DNA of 37,878 nt, taken from positions 1 through 37,878 of the IMG/VR virus record IMGVR_UViG_3300038673_000494; one strand, 5' to 3'. The DNA comes from a virus. Taxonomy: Duplodnaviria; Caudoviricetes. The translations under genes and the position numbers were made by a program. This document shows, piece after piece, positions 35,236 to 37,878 of this stretch. The notes below the pieces were generated by a model, which did no database searches, was not told the origin of the DNA, and saw only the letters and a program-made list of their open reading frames with translations. Numbering within the stretch: the stretch's first letter is position 1; every line of letters starts with the position of its first letter.

Positions 35236-35960
35236 GCCGCACCACACCTACGCAAAGCACTTAACACGTTCTCTGTGCTACCACCATAAACGTTGATTGT
35301 AACCCCGCCCATGTTGCGGACGTTGTTTACCTGTTCGCGGCTTAGCACATATTCGCCCGCTAATAGGTTATGTGGCCCTGACTGGTACACTGGGCCGCCG
35401 CTGTGTCGCTGCGGAATCTGGTTCGCTAAAGCTAATCCGCTTGCTGCTGCTACGGCTGCGCCTGCTAGGATTCCCCAACCAACTGGGCTTAGGCTGTTTA
35501 CGATTGCGAGTGCTACAGCTTTTGCGTATGCTGCTGCTGTTGCTGCCCAGTCTGCAAGTGTTGATGCAACGGTTGTGGCGGTTCTTGTTACCTGTGCCGC
35601 TGCGAGTGCCCCCTCTTTTGCGGTCATTAAATCCATGATTCGTATTATGTATCCGCCGAGTGTGAGAAAGGATGCCATACCATGTATGACTTTGGTTTGT
35701 TCCGCGTTTAGTACTCCAAACGCTGATGCTGTGGTTGCTAGGCTTGAGGCGGCTGTTCCAAATATGGTTACGTCTCTGCTTAGTTCCCGCATGTTCATGC
35801 TCATCTGTTGTGTGTCTTTGAGTGGTTGTCCAAAGAGGTCTAGTTGTGTGGTGCGTAGTCGTTTGAAGCTGGATTCTGCGGTTGATGCCATGCTTTGGAA
35901 TCCCGCGTTGACTTGTTCTGTTCCATGTAGTTCTGCGGTGATGTCTATGCGTTCACTCAT
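35232..35960 (-). CDS. Tape measure protein (short, 242 aa)
   Basis: Ala-rich helical body; C-terminal HSGG.V...G...L.AGEYVL and GGVTINVYG motifs; follows tube and chaperones. Confidence 0.75.
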   Translation of the reverse strand: MSERIDITAELHGTEQVNAGFQSMASTAESSFKRLRTTQLDLFGQPLKDTQQMSMNMRELSRDVTIFGTAASSLATTASAFGVLNAEQTKVIHGMASFLTLGGYIIRIMDLMTAKEGALAAAQVTRTATTVASTLADWAATAAAYAKAVALAIVNSLSPVGWGILAGAAVAAASGLALANQIPQRHSGGPVYQSGPHNLLAGEYVLSREQVNNVRNMGGVTINVYGGSTENVLSALRRCGAA

Positions 35961-36171
35961 GTTTTGTTCCTCTCTTGTTTACGAGTTCCAGTAGCTTCTT
36001 TTTCTTTGATGCCTCTTCGTCAACGTTTGTTAGGGCTTGCATTAATAGTTGGTAATCTAACTCAAAAAGTGTTAGTTCTTCTTCTTTGAGGTGCAGTATT
36101 TCGCTGGGTAGCCTCTTCGTGAGTAACGCAAGTTGAACCGCTTTTTGCAGTGTATTACTTTTGTTTGTCAC
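35953..36171 (-). CDS. Tail assembly chaperone, downstream (gpT-like) part
   Basis: LPSEIL...FELD motif; overlaps the upstream chaperone in the +1 frame. Confidence 0.6.
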   Translation of the reverse strand: MTNKSNTLQKAVQLALLTKRLPSEILHLKEEELTLFELDYQLLMQALTNVDEEASKKKKLLELVNKRGTKHE

Positions 36172-36442
36172 GAAAATAGTCCGCGCGTTTCAAAAGAAGG
36201 TTTGTTTCAGCGATTACAGTCTGGTACAGCTCTAATGTGTGTCCTGTTTGCGGCGTCGGAGTTACGGTTTCGGCTAAAATTTTGTCCTGTAACTGTTTGA
36301 TTGTGTTTGCCTGTTTTTCTGCTTCTTCAACGGTTGTTGGTACCTGTTTCTGTGTGGTAGCTAACAAATCAGAGTATACGCTACAATGTAGCGGCATTGG
36401 ACATACTTTGTAGCTTATGTCCTCAATTTTTATTGTTTTCAT
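36155..36442 (-). CDS. Tail assembly chaperone (gpG-like)
   Basis: Between tail tube and tape measure; GGAG RBS. Confidence 0.65.
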   Translation of the reverse strand: MKTIKIEDISYKVCPMPLHCSVYSDLLATTQKQVPTTVEEAEKQANTIKQLQDKILAETVTPTPQTGHTLELYQTVIAETNLLLKRADYFRDKQK

Positions 36443-36454
36443 TTTGTTTTCTCC

Positions 36455-37420
36455 CTAATAGGCAGCTATGCTGTTTCGTAACAGTCCAGACACTTCTTTG
36501 CTTGCGCCGCTATCATAGAACGCCTGAAACGGTGCATTGATAACAAGAGGTTCACTCTGCGATTTAACATCAGGTGCAGCATTGCGCATAAACTGGCAAT
36601 CATACACGTTTAATCCGATTGTGTTACGGTATGTTTCAGATGCTCCAATAAACGTGGTTGCAGTAGCTAACGTGAAATCAAACGCGGTACCCGCCACAAA
36701 TAAGTCATAGTCGTCTGTGTCATCAAAGTAGGCTGTCACGTTACCAGTCACAGTACGCTGTCCAACACGTATCTTACTAAACGTGTTACCGCTCAAATCC
36801 CCTAAATTGAATGGAATATTGTTTTTGATTGTCACATCTAAACTGCTAACAGCCGCAGCACGGGTGCTGTCACCGTTCCAAGTCAAGTTCACCAAATCGT
36901 CTATCTGTGTGAAAGGCTGCAACGTGTCAATTGTGGGGGCTGCAACGATTGTATCTGATTCCTCAGCAAAGCCGCTGTAAAGCAACGCAGACGCGGTTAC
37001 AGGTTGTCCAGCATTCCATTTTAGGGTTAACTCTTCGCAGAGAAGCCCGGGTAAAACCCTTTCGATAAGTTCTGCTCCAATGCGCCCCGTGTAGCTGGGG
37101 ATTGTGTCTGCTGGGCTGAAGACGTGGGTGTATACTCCCGTTTCGTTGTTAGTTGGGGTTTCTGACCCGAATACTGCAAGCATTAAGTCGCCTATTATGC
37201 CGTTTGGTGTTACCTGAAAATCTCCTACGTTGCCCTGTGCGCGGTATAAGCCCTGTGCCCGTTTCTTGTATGCCCGTGTTGCCACTGGTTCAGCAAGTAT
37301 CCAGTTGGGGTCGGCTTGAATTTTTGTTTCCGTGTCCTCATACCTTGTTGAGGGGTCTGTTTCGATTGTTCCGTATTCATCTTCTTTTTTGAGTCCAAAA
37401 TATCTACTTCGTCCAGTCAC
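36455..37420 (-). CDS. Major tail tube protein
   Basis: FGLKKEDEYGT, YTHVF, PSYT, TIKNN, GQRTVTG motifs typical of siphovirus tube proteins. Confidence 0.8.
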   Translation of the reverse strand: MTGRSRYFGLKKEDEYGTIETDPSTRYEDTETKIQADPNWILAEPVATRAYKKRAQGLYRAQGNVGDFQVTPNGIIGDLMLAVFGSETPTNNETGVYTHVFSPADTIPSYTGRIGAELIERVLPGLLCEELTLKWNAGQPVTASALLYSGFAEESDTIVAAPTIDTLQPFTQIDDLVNLTWNGDSTRAAAVSSLDVTIKNNIPFNLGDLSGNTFSKIRVGQRTVTGNVTAYFDDTDDYDLFVAGTAFDFTLATATTFIGASETYRNTIGLNVYDCQFMRNAAPDVKSQSEPLVINAPFQAFYDSGASKEVSGLLRNSIAAY

Positions 37421-37435
37421 AGTTTTTTCTCCTTT

Positions 37436-37876
37436 TTATGTTTTTTTTCTCCAAGTGTTTAGTGTTACTCGAACTGCAACTATGCTGTGGTCGCCGCTGA
37501 ACTGTTTCTGTTTTTCGCGGTCTGCAACATAGCTGTATGCGACGTTTCCGTCTAGGGTGCGGTCTGCATCTAAACTGGATTCAACCGTTTCTGCGTATGC
37601 CATAACATCGGTTTCTGCGGTTTCACAGTTTGGGTGCTTATTCACAACCACAATATATATGCGGTCTTCGGTGATTATGCTGTTGTTTGTTGTGCCCGGC
37701 TTCTGTGTGCCGCCTACCCATTCTACCCACCCCCATGGGCTTGAGGGGTACTGTGTCTGTGGGGGTTCTCCGAGAAACCACTTTTTTATGGCGGATAGGT
37801 CTGTGTCTGCGCGTAGTGTTGCCTGGATGTGGTCTGTTAACGTTTTTGGTGTGACACTCAATGGTGCAGTCTCCAT
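37436..37876 (-). CDS. Tail terminator-like protein
   Basis: Directly upstream of the tube gene; L.ADRTLDG.V motif. Confidence 0.6.
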   Translation of the reverse strand: METAPLSVTPKTLTDHIQATLRADTDLSAIKKWFLGEPPQTQYPSSPWGWVEWVGGTQKPGTTNNSIITEDRIYIVVVNKHPNCETAETDVMAYAETVESSLDADRTLDGNVAYSYVADREKQKQFSGDHSIVAVRVTLNTWRKKT

Positions 37877-37878
37877 AT

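Noticed and set aside
35293-35994. 233-aa antisense ORF over the tape measure gene
   Set aside because: Shadow of Ala-rich codons with no domain motifs, unlike the antisense nuclease in the intein
1-37878. tRNA or rRNA genes and an attachment site
   Set aside because: No cloverleaf/T-loop pattern was noticed in the intergenic gaps and no integrase was found; a tRNAscan-SE run would be needed to exclude tRNAs formally

Overview
The window looks like a complete, circularly assembled genome (unit length about 37,762 bp; positions 1-116 repeat at 37763-37878) of a head-tail (Caudoviricetes-type) virus. The host is almost certainly archaeal (TATA-box promoters, GGTGA/GGAG ribosome-binding sites, ribbon-helix-helix regulators, no endolysin). 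Bathyarchaeia is a plausible host, by inference from protein family resemblance. A long minus-strand morphogenesis operon wraps around the contig ends: terminase small and large subunits, portal, MuF-like minor head protein, DUF2213-type prohead protease, scaffold, decoration protein, encapsulin-like HK97-fold capsid, glycosyltransferase, adaptor, beta-helix protein, tail completion and terminator, tail tube, chaperones, a very short tape measure, hub and tail fibre. The accessory half holds two DNA methyltransferases, a dense AT-rich array of small ORFs with shared junction repeats, a membrane-protein (lysis-like) cluster interrupted by an intact IS605-type element (tnpA+tnpB), and a rightward early operon that opens with a Csx3/Crn3-like protein and an ASCH protein. 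The most striking feature is a 309-aa intein in the minor head gene. It has no recognisable in-frame homing endonuclease; instead a 207-aa HTH+DUF559(Vsr-like) nuclease is encoded on the opposite strand, codon-aligned, with both frames open. No replication protein or integrase was recognised. All protein calls come from reading motifs and gene order, not from database searches.
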